Origin: an uncultured Myxococcales bacterium
Lineage (GTDB): Bacteria; Myxococcota_A; UBA9042
Direction: 5' to 3'
NCBI GenBank assembly: GCA_937910235.1
Contig: CALENB010000193.1
Location: 2,341-66,340 of the forward strand
Length of the DNA: 64,000 bases
Part shown: positions 37,858-48,500 of the stretch, one piece after another
How positions within the stretch are numbered: the stretch's first letter is position 1
Layout of the letters: each line of letters begins with the position of its first letter
Translations under genes and position numbers: made by a program
Notes under the pieces: generated by a model
Databases searched by the model: none
What the model saw: the letters and a program-made list of their open reading frames with translations, nothing else
Told to the model about the DNA's origin: nothing

Positions 37858-39624
37858 ATGTTGGCCCGACGCAAGAACGCTCTCCGCGCCAGCCGCATCG
37901 GCTCGTCGGTTCTGTGCGTCCTGAGCGTCCTGAGCGTCCTGGGTGTCGTGGGGCCGCCGCGAGTCGTGATCGCCGCGGTGCCGCAGGCGGCGTCGGTCAC
38001 TCCCACGGCCGTCACCCCCACGGCCGTCACCTCCACGTCCGTCAAGCCCAGATCGGCACCACCAAAGTCCGGCGGCGTCGCTGCAGGCCCGGGTCCAGTC
38101 GCCGGCACCGATGGCCCCGGCGTGCTCGCCGCGACGCCCGTCGCCACGACGCGCCTGATCTCGTTGGACCTCCATGGCACCCTGCGACTGCGAGGACAGC
38201 GGCTCCACAACGGCGGGCTCGGGGACGGTGGCTCGGGCGTACCTGCGACCGTCAATCGCCTCGGTCTGAGCGGTGGCGGCGACGATTTGAGTTTGGTCGA
38301 TGTGCGACTGCGACTCGATCCCACGCTGAACCTCGGCAGCCGCGCCCGCGTCGATGCCCAGATCGACGTGTCTGGGGGCCTCGTCTACGGTGCGAAGCTG
38401 CCATCGAGCGCGGTCCTCAGTCACGCAGTCGGCATGTTCGGGGACACCGCCTGGCATGACCTCGTGGCCGTCCGGCGCGCTTGGGCCACGTTTGAGTTGT
38501 TCGGTCTCGCCGAGCTGGTCATCGGTCGCACAGGCGACCACTTCGGCCTGGGTATCTGGCGCAACGATGGCCGAGATCCGCTCTCGGATTTCCAGTCCGA
38601 CGTCGATCGCGTCTCGCTGCGAGGCCAGATCTTGGGTCTGCGGCTGATGTTGGCGCGTGACACGATGGCCACGTTGCCGGCGATCTTCAACGGCGCCGAC
38701 GGTGACGACATCCGCTACGGCTTGCAGGACGCCACCGACGTCGTGCGGTGGCTCGCGCAGGTCGAGGGCGGCGCCGAAAAGGTGACCGACAAGGGCCTGC
38801 GCTGGGGCTTTGCGGTCGGCTATCACAGCCAGACGCTCGGTCTTCGGGTCGAGCATGAAGACGCCGCAGGCGTCGCCCTCAACCCGGGCTGCGTCGCTGC
38901 TGGCACGTGCGTCCAGCTCGTGCCGCGCGAAGCGCTGATGATCGTGCCGCAGGGCTCCGTCGGTTGGCGTGGCAACACCCGTCTCGGGCTGCTCGCCGCG
39001 GAGGCTGAGGCGGTGATGCGCCTCGCTACTTTTGACAACACCGACGCGCTGCCCAACACCGACACCGGCACGACGCTGATCGGTGGCGCGCTCGCCGGTC
39101 GGGTGACGCTGAGAACCGGCTCGCACGAATGGCGTCTGCGCGCCGGCTGGGCCAGCGGTGACGCCACCGGCGGCTTCGGTGTGCTCGACCGCGCTAACCT
39201 CGCGGTCGTCGATCCCGCCACCAAGGAGCTGGTGCACCGCGATTTCGTTACCGGGATGGCGATGCACCGCGGCTTCTTGGTCGGCGGCACCCTGTTTCGC
39301 GAGGTGATTGGGGCCGTCGCAAACGCTTGGTACGCGCGGCCATCGTGGCGCCTCGCGCTGACGCCCGCGACGCCGACAGGCGGCGTCTCCGTCGAGCTGG
39401 GTTGCCTCGTCGCGGGCGCGGCCCAGTGGGGCGCCACGCCTGGCAAACGCACGCTGCTCGGCGTTGAACCGGAGCTGCAAGTCGACGCCCGCTTGGGTCG
39501 CTTCGGCCGTGGCGTGCTGCAGACCAGCTACTTCCTGCCAGGCCCGGCCTTTGACACGGGCCTCGGCGGCAGCCCGGCCGAGTCGGCGTGGCGCCTGAAC
39601 GCGGCTTGGGTCGTCGACTTCTAG
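37858..39624 (+). CDS. Putative outer-membrane beta-barrel protein
   Basis: The internal ATG at 37858 gives a clean signal peptide (MLARRKNALRASRIGSSVLCVLSVLSVLGVVGPPRVVIAA). A Thr/Pro/Ala linker is followed by alternating amphipathic beta-strand-like sequence. It ends in the C-terminal aromatic residue typical of OMPs (...AAWVVDF). Confidence 0.55.
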   Translation: MLARRKNALRASRIGSSVLCVLSVLSVLGVVGPPRVVIAAVPQAASVTPTAVTPTAVTSTSVKPRSAPPKSGGVAAGPGPVAGTDGPGVLAATPVATTRLISLDLHGTLRLRGQRLHNGGLGDGGSGVPATVNRLGLSGGGDDLSLVDVRLRLDPTLNLGSRARVDAQIDVSGGLVYGAKLPSSAVLSHAVGMFGDTAWHDLVAVRRAWATFELFGLAELVIGRTGDHFGLGIWRNDGRDPLSDFQSDVDRVSLRGQILGLRLMLARDTMATLPAIFNGADGDDIRYGLQDATDVVRWLAQVEGGAEKVTDKGLRWGFAVGYHSQTLGLRVEHEDAAGVALNPGCVAAGTCVQLVPREALMIVPQGSVGWRGNTRLGLLAAEAEAVMRLATFDNTDALPNTDTGTTLIGGALAGRVTLRTGSHEWRLRAGWASGDATGGFGVLDRANLAVVDPATKELVHRDFVTGMAMHRGFLVGGTLFREVIGAVANAWYARPSWRLALTPATPTGGVSVELGCLVAGAAQWGATPGKRTLLGVEPELQVDARLGRFGRGVLQTSYFLPGPAFDTGLGGSPAESAWRLNAAWVVDF

Positions 39625-39743
39625 GCCGATCCGACGGCCTCGCAGCGCGCGCTGGCGGCCTGAAACGTTGATTGAGAACAAGCGTAAGTGCTAGCCTCAT
39701 CGCTATCTAGCGCCGGTCCCCTCCCGGCGGCTCCGGAGTTTCC

Positions 39744-42700
39744 ATGAAGATCCGTCTCGTTGCGCTCAGTTGTGCTTGTGTATTGCTGGCTTCGGCCTGT
39801 GGCACGGACGGGACAACCGAGCCGGGCCCCGACACGTCAGCGACGCAAGACACCGTGAGCACTGGCGACGTGGCCGTGGATTCTGGCGGGTCCGCGGACA
39901 CCAGCGCCACAGCGGACGTGCCGGATGTCGCCCAAACCGACAGCGCGGTCGCCGATGCCACCGACAGCACTGCTTCCGACAGCACTGCTTCCGACAGCAC
40001 GGCCTCCGACAGCACCGCCTCCGACAGCACCGCCTCCGACGCTGTAGACGCAGGCGACCTGGACGCCACGCAAGTCGACACGCTCTCGGCGGACACGCCA
40101 GACACCGCGCAGGCGGACTCCGCGCAGCCGCCGGTTGACGCTGGCGCCCTCGACAAGGTCAGCGAGCACAGCAAGGCCTGCTCGACCGGCAGTGACTGTA
40201 CGATCCCGTGCGCCACGGGCACCTGCAATCAGGGCAAGTGCGACTACGACGTAGGCGGCGGCTGCGTTGTGCCCGTCGGCGCCGACAAAGTCGCCTGCTA
40301 CCCAGCCGGCGCGCCGAAAAAAGACGCGCCGTGCCTGACGTGCAAGCCCGAGGTCAGCCAGACCAGCCTCACCTCGGTGACGGAGCTGGTGCCCTTCGAG
40401 AAGACCGACGAAGGCTGGGCGGTCGTCGACGTGAGCGGCAGCGGCATCAAGTGGGGCCTGAGCGACAAGCGCACGGCCGGCGGCAAGATGAGCCTGTACC
40501 TCGGCGACCCGAAGAGCTCCGTCTACGCGAACGACAAACACGTCAAAGCGAGCGTCACCACACCCGCGATGACCATTCCGACCAACGACGGCGTGAAGGC
40601 ATCGCTGCACTTTTCGCTCTACCTCGATACCGAAGAGACGAAGGGCTACGACTTCTTGACCGTGCAGGTGTTGGAAGACAAGGCCGGCGCGACGGCCGAG
40701 GCGCTGTGGCACAGCGACAGCATCGGTGGAACGACGCACAAGGTCTGGCAGATGCAGAAGATCGACGTGAGCAAGTGGGGCGGCAAGAAGGTCAAGTTCG
40801 TCTTCACGTTCGATACGCTCGACGGCTTCGTCAACGCATTCGAGGGCGCGTACATCGATGAGCTGTCGATTCGCACCGGCTGCTGCGGCGGCGGCGGCGA
40901 CTGTGACGACGGCAACGCCTGCTCCACCGACGCCTGCGCTCCGACCACGGCCAGCAAGGGGCTGCCGGTCTGCGGCCACGTCGTGACGAAGGCGTGCTGC
41001 AGCAGCAGCGCCGACTGCGACGACGGCAAACCTTGCACCCTCGACCTCTGCAGCGGCCCCGGCGGCAGCTGCTCGCACAGCGCAAAGCCCGGCTGCTGCA
41101 TGACCACGGGCGACTGCGATGACAAAGACGCCTGCACGATCGACCACTGCCCCAAGGCGGGCTCAAACTGCCAGCACACCAACACCTGCTGCAAGACCGA
41201 CAACGAATGCACCAGCGCGGACACCTGCCTCACCGGCAAGTGCGCCGGCGGCGACTGCGCGTTCACCAACATCTGCTGTTCGAAGGACAACGAGTGCGAC
41301 GACTTTAACCCCTGCACCATCGACGCGTGCGACAAGGGTCAGTGTCTACACAGCCCCAGCAAGGCGCCTGGGTGCTGCGCAGTCGAGCCTATCGTGTATG
41401 AGTTCGACTCTGACATGGAGGGCTGGACCTCCGATGCCAAGCTCGCCAACGGCTTGGTGTGGCACAAGGGCAAGTACAAGGGCACGGCGACTGAAGCTGA
41501 GAACGGCAACGGCGTCCTGAAGTTCGGCGTGGCCGGCACAGACACGTTCGACAAGGTCAGCGGCTCGTTCTACCTCTACACGACCAGCCCGGTCATCGAG
41601 CTCACGCCCGGCCAGCAGTATACGATCGAGATCAAGATGAAGTTCGCGATGAACTACAAGACTTCGTCGAACTACCTCTACCAGTACTACTTGGTGGATG
41701 GCGCTCAGATCACGAGCTATTACAACTACTCCCAGCAGGAGTACTACTACGTGAACCACACGACCGATGACTGGGTCATCTGGCAGAAGGACATCAGCGC
41801 GTTCGCTGGCCGAAAGTTCCAGATCAAGCTGCGGGGCCGGATTTACGGCTATTCCAGCAACTTGCAGTCTGGGCAGGGCACGGTCATCGACTACATCAAG
41901 ATCAAGACCAGCTGCAACATCAAGAAGTGCGCGGACAACGCGACCTGCACCCCGGCTTCGACGTCGTGCCAGGGCGGCAAAGGTATCTGCAACGAGGGCG
42001 GCTGCGTCTTCGCGGCGGGCTGCTGCAAGTCCTCGACTGACTGCGTGAGCCCGACGCTGTGCAGTGTCGGGACGTGCTCAGGTTCGACCTGCACGTTCAA
42101 GGAGAAGGCGAACTGCTGCATGGGGGCCGGTGACTGCGACGACAGCAACCCGTGCACCCAGGACGCCTGCCCAGGTGCCGGCCAGCAGTGCACCCACACC
42201 CCGGTTCCGGGCTGCTGCCTGGCCGCCTCGGAGTGTGACGACAAGCAGAAGTGCACGTCTGACGAGTGTGTCCTCAACAAGTGCAAACACCAGGATATCT
42301 GCTGCAAAGCCGACTCGGAGTGCAACGACAAGGATGACAAGTGCACTACAGATAAGTGCGGCTCAGATAGCTTCTGTCAGTTCACGCCGACGGGCGCCGC
42401 CGGTTGCTGTGAGCCGAATCTGTGGACCAATATCTTCAGCACGTCGCTCCAGAACATGGTGATCAAGAACAGCCAGGGCGCCGCGAAGGGCTGGCAGCTG
42501 TGGACCACCGCGACGTTGTCGAAGAGCCCCACCGGGGTGCTGTACTACGGCAGCCCGTCGGCCAAAAACTACAACTTCGGCGCCAGCAACGGCACGGCGA
42601 CCACGCCTGAGATGGCGTTGCCGGCCGGCAAGACGACCACGCTCTCGCTGTGGCTGTACCAAGCGACGGAGTCGGGCACGTCCTACGACAAGACGTACAT

Positions 42701-42917
42701 CTATCTCATCGACGCGACCGGCAAGAAGACGCAACTCTGGTACAAGGGCACGAAGGGGTTCAGCACAAACAAGTGGTTGGAACTAAGCTTCGACTTGAAG
42801 GAGTGGGCTGGTCAGAAGGTCACGGTGCAGTTCTTGTTCGACACCAACGATTCGGTGTCGAACTCGACGCTGGGCGTGCTGATTGATGACCTGAAGTTCA
42901 CCGTCAAGTGCGACTAA
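39744..42917 (+). CDS. Giant surface lipoprotein (1057 aa): Myxococcus-type cysteine-rich repeats alternating with three MAM-like beta-sandwich domains (paralog 1 of 3)
   Basis: Lipoprotein signal (MKIRLVALSCACVLLASAC-G). Acidic Thr/Asp/Ser/Ala linker with (SDSTA)5. Three roughly 170-aa modules end in a MAM-like C-terminal signature (KVKFVFTFDTLDGFVNAFEGAYIDELSI, RGRIYGYSSNLQSGQGTVIDYIKIKTSC, VTVQFLFDTNDSVSNSTLGVLIDDLKFTVKC). Between them are CC...DCDDGxxCTxDxC repeats (GCCGGGGDCDDGNACSTDACAP, KACCSSSADCDDGKPCTLDLC, GCCMTTGDCDDKDACTIDHC and others). Confidence 0.85.
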   Translation: MKIRLVALSCACVLLASACGTDGTTEPGPDTSATQDTVSTGDVAVDSGGSADTSATADVPDVAQTDSAVADATDSTASDSTASDSTASDSTASDSTASDAVDAGDLDATQVDTLSADTPDTAQADSAQPPVDAGALDKVSEHSKACSTGSDCTIPCATGTCNQGKCDYDVGGGCVVPVGADKVACYPAGAPKKDAPCLTCKPEVSQTSLTSVTELVPFEKTDEGWAVVDVSGSGIKWGLSDKRTAGGKMSLYLGDPKSSVYANDKHVKASVTTPAMTIPTNDGVKASLHFSLYLDTEETKGYDFLTVQVLEDKAGATAEALWHSDSIGGTTHKVWQMQKIDVSKWGGKKVKFVFTFDTLDGFVNAFEGAYIDELSIRTGCCGGGGDCDDGNACSTDACAPTTASKGLPVCGHVVTKACCSSSADCDDGKPCTLDLCSGPGGSCSHSAKPGCCMTTGDCDDKDACTIDHCPKAGSNCQHTNTCCKTDNECTSADTCLTGKCAGGDCAFTNICCSKDNECDDFNPCTIDACDKGQCLHSPSKAPGCCAVEPIVYEFDSDMEGWTSDAKLANGLVWHKGKYKGTATEAENGNGVLKFGVAGTDTFDKVSGSFYLYTTSPVIELTPGQQYTIEIKMKFAMNYKTSSNYLYQYYLVDGAQITSYYNYSQQEYYYVNHTTDDWVIWQKDISAFAGRKFQIKLRGRIYGYSSNLQSGQGTVIDYIKIKTSCNIKKCADNATCTPASTSCQGGKGICNEGGCVFAAGCCKSSTDCVSPTLCSVGTCSGSTCTFKEKANCCMGAGDCDDSNPCTQDACPGAGQQCTHTPVPGCCLAASECDDKQKCTSDECVLNKCKHQDICCKADSECNDKDDKCTTDKCGSDSFCQFTPTGAAGCCEPNLWTNIFSTSLQNMVIKNSQGAAKGWQLWTTATLSKSPTGVLYYGSPSAKNYNFGASNGTATTPEMALPAGKTTTLSLWLYQATESGTSYDKTYIYLIDATGKKTQLWYKGTKGFSTNKWLELSFDLKEWAGQKVTVQFLFDTNDSVSNSTLGVLIDDLKFTVKCD
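39960..40040 (+). repeat. In-frame 15-bp tandem repeat x5 encoding (SDSTA)n in the paralog 1 linker
   Basis: tccgacagcac[tc]gc[tc] is repeated five times head-to-tail. Confidence 0.8.
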
Positions 42918-42921
42918 ACGG

Positions 42922-45438
42922 ATGGCGACGATGGTTGTGATGTGCGTGCGCGAATCGAGACCCTCTGGCGCGCGAGCGCGCACCCGATCCGGCCCAGGGG
43001 GGCGTTGGTCGCCTGCTGGCATGTCGACCGGCGTGTCGTTGCTGTTCGTGTCGGTGGCGTTGCTGGTCGGCGTCCTGGGCTGCAGCGCTGATGGCGACGC
43101 CAAGAAGGACACCGCCGCCGCGGACACGACCGGCGACACGACCGACGACGCTGGCGCGGACACGGGCCTGTCGAGCGACGCCGTGGGCGCTGACGCCAGC
43201 GACGCGACGACGCTGGACGTGCTCCAGACCGACACCGCGGTCGTGACCGATCTTGGCGCACCCGACGCCGGGCCTGAGTGCGCCACCGCGGCGGATTGCG
43301 CCGGTAAGGTGACGCCCAAGTCCTGCGAAGAGGCCATTTGCCTCAACGGCGCTTGTGGCCTGCAGCTCAAGGCGGACTCTTGCTGCGAAGACAAGCACTG
43401 TGACGACGGCGCCGAGTGCACGTTGGACCAGTGCGACGACGCGCAGAACTCATGCAAACACACCACCGTCGTCAACTGCTGTAGCGGCAAGGTGTCGCTG
43501 TTAAAGCTCGGTTTTGAGCAGGGCAAGTTGGGTGAGCTCACGGCGAGCGTCACGAAGGGCGGCGAAGGCCCCGGTGGCGTCGCTTGGCAGGTTGACGGCA
43601 AGCGGTCGCGGGTCGGCGGCAAGGCCCTGCACCTGAGCAACGCCTGTGGCACCTACGACACCTCGATGAATCCGGCCAACGCCTGCGCTGGCGGCAAGGA
43701 CGCGGCGCCCGTCTCGGCGACCCTGACCGCGAAGGGCATCACCTTGCCGAAAGACAAGTCGACGATGTTGCACTTCTGGCTCTGGTTACAGACCGAACCG
43801 ATGTACGCCGAGACCTTGCCGACTGGGACCTGCGCGAAGCCGTGCCCGACTGGCGCGAGCTGTGTCAGCGTGAACGGCGCGGCGCAGTGCATCCCCGAGA
43901 AGGACGTGCTGACGGTCACGATCATCAGCGACAAGGGCGCAAAGAAGGTCTTTGACTCGACGACAATCGGCAAGAGCACGGACGGCGACTGGCGCCACGT
44001 GGCGGTGGATTTGAGCGATCTGGCCGGCGCGACCGTCGACGTTCAGTGGCGATTCGACACGGCGACGGGCATCAAGAACGCCTTCGAGGGGGTCTGGCTC
44101 GACCAGATCGAGATGGAGACGATCTGCCCGGTGAAGGGCACCTTGTGCGCGAAGGACGCGCCGTGTCTGGCGGACAACAGCGTCTGCAGCGAAGAGACCT
44201 GCACGTTTTACAGCAACAACGCGGTGAAGGGGTTCTGCTTTCACGACAAGGCGGTGGGGTGCTGCACGGTCTCCAACGAATGCGACGACGGCGCGCCATG
44301 TACGATCGATGTCTGCAACAAGGGCGTCTGCGAATCCAAGCCGGACGCGAGCAAGGACAGCTGCTGCAAACCGTCCATCAGCTTGGTGGATGACTTCGAC
44401 TCAGGCGTGCTCACCGACTGGAAGTTGCTGGACGCGAACTCTGAGGTCGTGCGCTGGCGGATTGACCCCAAGGGCGGCACCAAGGGCTCGCAGGCGTTGT
44501 ATTTTGGGGATAGTAGCTTCTCCAGCTACGATGACACGAGCCTCGCCAAGGGTGTCGGCCCCACCGGCGCCGCGTGTAGCAAGCTGGTCCAGCTGAAGGT
44601 CGGCTCGCTCTACAATCAGGCCACGTTCCAGCTGCAGATGGAGACCGAGTGGAGCTATCTGGCCAAGGCGATCTACAAGAATCCGCCGTTGGCTGGTCAG
44701 CCGAAATTCGACCATCTGGCCGTGCAAGTGCGGGTGGCTGGCAAGGTGCACGAGGCGTGGAGCAGCGACCTCATCTACGGCACGACCGACGGCGGCTGGC
44801 GCGCGATCGTGGTTGATCTCGACAAGTGGCAGGGGCAGCAAGTGCAGGTCTGCTTGGCGTTCGACGCCGGCGACGACCAGGTCAACGACAAGGCTGGCGT
44901 CCTCGTGGACGACTTTGTGCTGCGCGTCGCGTGTGCCAAGGCGAGCTGCTACTACGACGCCGAGTGTGCTGGAACCTGCCCGGCGTGCCAGGCGCCCGGG
45001 TGCGCGGCCGGTGGCTGTGGTTGCGTGCCGCTCCCTGGCTGCTGCACGAGCACGGCGGACTGTGATGACGGCGATCCGTGCACGTCCGACAGCTGTCTGC
45101 AATCGCAGTGCAAACACACGACGAACCCGGCCTGTTGCAAGGCCGACACGGACTGCAGCAGCACGAACGTGTGCGCGAAGGCGGTGTGTGATCTGTCCAA
45201 GCACCTCTGCGGCACCCAGCCCGTCGATGGCTGCTGCGCCGACGACGCGGCCTGCACGACGCAGAACCTATGCATGACGAGCAGCTGCGACGTAGCGAAA
45301 CACGTCTGCAGTGAGCAGCCGAAGCCGGGTTGCTGCAACCAGGACAGCGCTTGCGACGACAAGGACGCCTGCACCAAGGACCTCTGCATCGACGCGAAGT
45401 GCACGTATCAGCCGTCCGGCCAGTCCGGCTGCGACTAG
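42922..45438 (+). CDS. Giant surface lipoprotein (about 806-838 aa), paralog 2 of 3 (Myxo cysteine-rich repeats plus MAM-like domains)
   Basis: Same architecture as paralog 1. MAM-like ends: VDVQWRFDTATGIKNAFEGVWLDQIEMETIC and VQVCLAFDAGDDQVNDKAGVLVDDFVLRVAC. Cys repeats: CCEDKHCDDGAECTLDQCDD, GCCTVSNECDDGAPCTIDVC, GCCTSTADCDDGDPCTSDSC. The lipobox (LLVGVLGC-S) follows the internal ATG at 43021. The true start may be 42922, 42940 or 43021. Confidence 0.85.
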   Translation: MATMVVMCVRESRPSGARARTRSGPGGRWSPAGMSTGVSLLFVSVALLVGVLGCSADGDAKKDTAAADTTGDTTDDAGADTGLSSDAVGADASDATTLDVLQTDTAVVTDLGAPDAGPECATAADCAGKVTPKSCEEAICLNGACGLQLKADSCCEDKHCDDGAECTLDQCDDAQNSCKHTTVVNCCSGKVSLLKLGFEQGKLGELTASVTKGGEGPGGVAWQVDGKRSRVGGKALHLSNACGTYDTSMNPANACAGGKDAAPVSATLTAKGITLPKDKSTMLHFWLWLQTEPMYAETLPTGTCAKPCPTGASCVSVNGAAQCIPEKDVLTVTIISDKGAKKVFDSTTIGKSTDGDWRHVAVDLSDLAGATVDVQWRFDTATGIKNAFEGVWLDQIEMETICPVKGTLCAKDAPCLADNSVCSEETCTFYSNNAVKGFCFHDKAVGCCTVSNECDDGAPCTIDVCNKGVCESKPDASKDSCCKPSISLVDDFDSGVLTDWKLLDANSEVVRWRIDPKGGTKGSQALYFGDSSFSSYDDTSLAKGVGPTGAACSKLVQLKVGSLYNQATFQLQMETEWSYLAKAIYKNPPLAGQPKFDHLAVQVRVAGKVHEAWSSDLIYGTTDGGWRAIVVDLDKWQGQQVQVCLAFDAGDDQVNDKAGVLVDDFVLRVACAKASCYYDAECAGTCPACQAPGCAAGGCGCVPLPGCCTSTADCDDGDPCTSDSCLQSQCKHTTNPACCKADTDCSSTNVCAKAVCDLSKHLCGTQPVDGCCADDAACTTQNLCMTSSCDVAKHVCSEQPKPGCCNQDSACDDKDACTKDLCIDAKCTYQPSGQSGCD

Positions 45439-45587
45439 GCCGGCCTCTTGACCAGCCGGAAAGACAAGGCCCACTTGTTTGCGCTGGTTGCGGTGCGCCG
45501 GTAGACTCTCAGAACACAGGATCTCTCCCCGTGGCTCACCGCTCGGCGGTGCTGCGGAGCGGGTCACCCCCTCGATAGGATCTCGCC

Positions 45588-48500
45588 ATGCAGCGGCACG
45601 CACTCTCGTTTCTCTTCCCCGACGCTCGGCTGCTCGGCATCACCGCCAAGCTCGCCGTGGTTGCGCTGGCGCTCGCAGTCGCTGCGTGTGGCTCCGACCC
45701 CAAGCCCAAGGACACCACGACGGTGGTCGAGGACTCGGGGCCGACGGACTCGGGGGCGGCCGACACTGTTCTTGGTGACGCGGACGCGACGGCAGCTGTC
45801 GATTCAAGCCAGCCGGATGTCACGAGCGGCGATGTCGCGCAGGCCGACGCCGCTGACGCTGGCCAGGCCGATACGGCCACGTTCATCTGCACGAGCGACC
45901 AGTACTGCCTCTCGCTGTTCAAGGATGAGCTCGGTGGCTTTCAGACCGCCGTCTGCGTCGCAGGAACGTGCGAAAAGGTTACAAAAGCAGGCTTTTGTGC
46001 CAACAGCGGCGACTGTGACGATGGCTCGGAGTGCACGGAAGACTCCTGTGATCTGACCACGAACAAGTGTGTATCGAGCCCCAAACCGAACTGCTGCGCT
46101 GGCAAAGTCACGGTGCTCAACGCGCGTTTTGAGCAGAACAGCATGGTCGGGTTTGTTGGCACGACCAACCCCAGCCTCAACAACAACGTGACGTGGCAGC
46201 TGAGCTCAAACCGGGCCCACGGCGGCAAATCGAGCGTCTACCTGGGCAACGAGTGCAACACCTTCGACTCGTCGATGTCGGCTGCGGGCGGCTGCAAAGG
46301 CGGGCCCTCACCGATCGCTTTTGAGGCGAACCTGCTGTCGCAGGAGGTGGTGTTGCCGCAAAACAAGCCCGCGATTGCGCACTTTTGGGTCTGGATTGAA
46401 GCCGAGCCGATGTACGACGCCGAAGGTAGCTGCGCAAATCCGTGCCCGATCGGCGCCACGTGCGTGAAGGTCGACAAGAGCACCTCGGTCTGCATTCCCG
46501 AGCCGGACGTGCTCAAGATCTTCGTCCAGACCGGCGCGCCGTCACCCGATCCGGTGTGGGTGAGCACCGAGGTGAAGAAGACGACGAATGGTTGGGTCCA
46601 TGTCGCCATCAACCTCGCGCCGTACCAGAAGAAAGACAAAGAGACCGCGGTGAAGCTGCGTTGGAGCTTCAAGTCCAACAACGTCAAGAACGGCTTTGAG
46701 GGCGTGTACATCGACGATGTCGTCATCGAGACGCTCTGCGTGACCGCCGGCAGTCAGTGTTCAAAGAAGGCGCCCTGTGCCGACGACAAGAACGGCTGCA
46801 CCCTTGATTCCTGCACGTATTTTGCGAACGACAACAGCCAGGGGCTGTGTTTTGCGGACAAGTCCGCGGGTTGCTGCATCAACGTCGCGGACTGCAACGA
46901 CCTAAATGACTGCACGGTCGACAAGTGCACGCTCGCGAGCGGCGCCGCCACGGGACTGTGTGACAACGCGCCTGACGCCAACAACGCGCAGTGCTGCCAG
47001 CCTAAGGACGTCTACGGCGACAACTTTGAGTCAGGTTCGATCGCGGCCTGGACCCACGTTGGCTCCAACAGCAAGGAAGTGAAGTGGCAGGTCAGCGACA
47101 AGGTCGGCGCTGGCGTTGGTGGTGGAAAGAGCCTGTACTTCGGCAACACCGACACCTCGAAGGGCTACCACGACCCCGCGCTCGGCAGCACGAAGGGCGC
47201 CACGGGTCGGATCTGCTCGCCGTCGATGACCATCGCGCAGGGCACGCTCTACGACGTGCTGACGTTCGACCTGCTGCTGCAGACCGAGTGGTCCGGAAAG
47301 CCGGCGGCAAACTACGCCAACCCGCCGTGTCCGCAGGGTCCAGGCAAATGCGAGCCCAACAAGATCGATGTCTTCGCGGTCGAGGTGTTCTCGGTCGGCC
47401 AGTACCAGGAGATCTGGAGCAGCGACGCCATCAAGGGCACCACCGAGGCCAAATGGCTGCCGACGTTTGTCTCGCTCGACAAGTACCAGGGCAAGCAGGT
47501 GCAGCTCTGTTTCTCGTTCGACGCGGGTGACGGGAGCGCCAACACGGTCGGCGGCGCGTGGGTCGACAATGTGAAGCTGGCGGTCCAGTGCACCGCCAAA
47601 GAGTGCGCGATCGACAGCCAGTGCGAGGCGAAGTGCGGCCCGTGCGCGACGGCGAGCTGCGGCGGTGACGGCAAGTGCGCGTGCACGCCAATCGCCGGCT
47701 GCTGCGCGAAGACGGAGGACTGCGCGGATGGGGACAAGTGCACCACGGAGACGTGTGACAAAGGCGAGTGCAAGTACTCGCTGACCTCTCCGACCTGCTG
47801 CACCGACAAGATCGGCAAGGACGCCGTCTTTAGCCAGGACTGGGAGGCCAGCTCGAAGGTGCCGAGCGACTGGAAGGTCATCGTCCCGACCGGAAAGAAT
47901 GACCTCGGCTACACGTACGCGGCGGACAAGGGTTGGCGCATGTCGGTCAAGAGCAAGCCCGGCACCGGCAACTACGCGCTCTATTTTGGCGGCGCCGACG
48001 GCACGCTGAACGCAGGAACGGACGCGCCGGCTGGCACGGTCACGGGACCGGAGTTCACGGTTCCGAAGAATGGCACCACGCTCATCAACTTCGACCTGTA
48101 CCTGAACACGGAATGGGATGATTTTCCCTTCAAGCTGCCGCCGCTCGCGATCGATCAGCTGTTTGTGAACGTCATCGACGTCGCCGAGAAAGATGCGGCC
48201 AAAGCCGTGGTCGCGGTCTGGGACAGCTACGCGATCGAGGGGACCACGAAGGGCAAGTGGCAGGCGGTCGTCATGGCGATCCCGGCGAGCTTGGCGGGCA
48301 AGAAGGTGCGCCTGCAGTTCGTGTTTGAGTGTGGCACCGACACCAACAACAAGGGCGAGGGCGCGTTCATCGACAACCTGCAGGTCGAGACCCTCTGCAC
48401 GAAGCCGGCCTGTGTCGCAGATCTGGATTGCCAGCCCAAGGTGCCGGATGCCTGCAAGAAGTCGTGGTGCGGCAAGGACGACAAGGGCGCCTACGCGTGT

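Noticed and set aside
37720-39681. 653-aa minus-strand ORF, plus 39837-41147(-), 42783-43652(-), 44401-45204(-) and 5113-6129(+)
   Set aside because: These are antisense to the OMP and giant lipoprotein genes, whose sense frames have signal peptides and conserved repeats. Long antisense open frames are expected at about 70% GC.
39668-39697. TTGATT-N18-TAGCCT upstream of the first giant lipoprotein
   Set aside because: The spacer is long and the -10 element is poor, so I am not confident enough to annotate it as a promoter.
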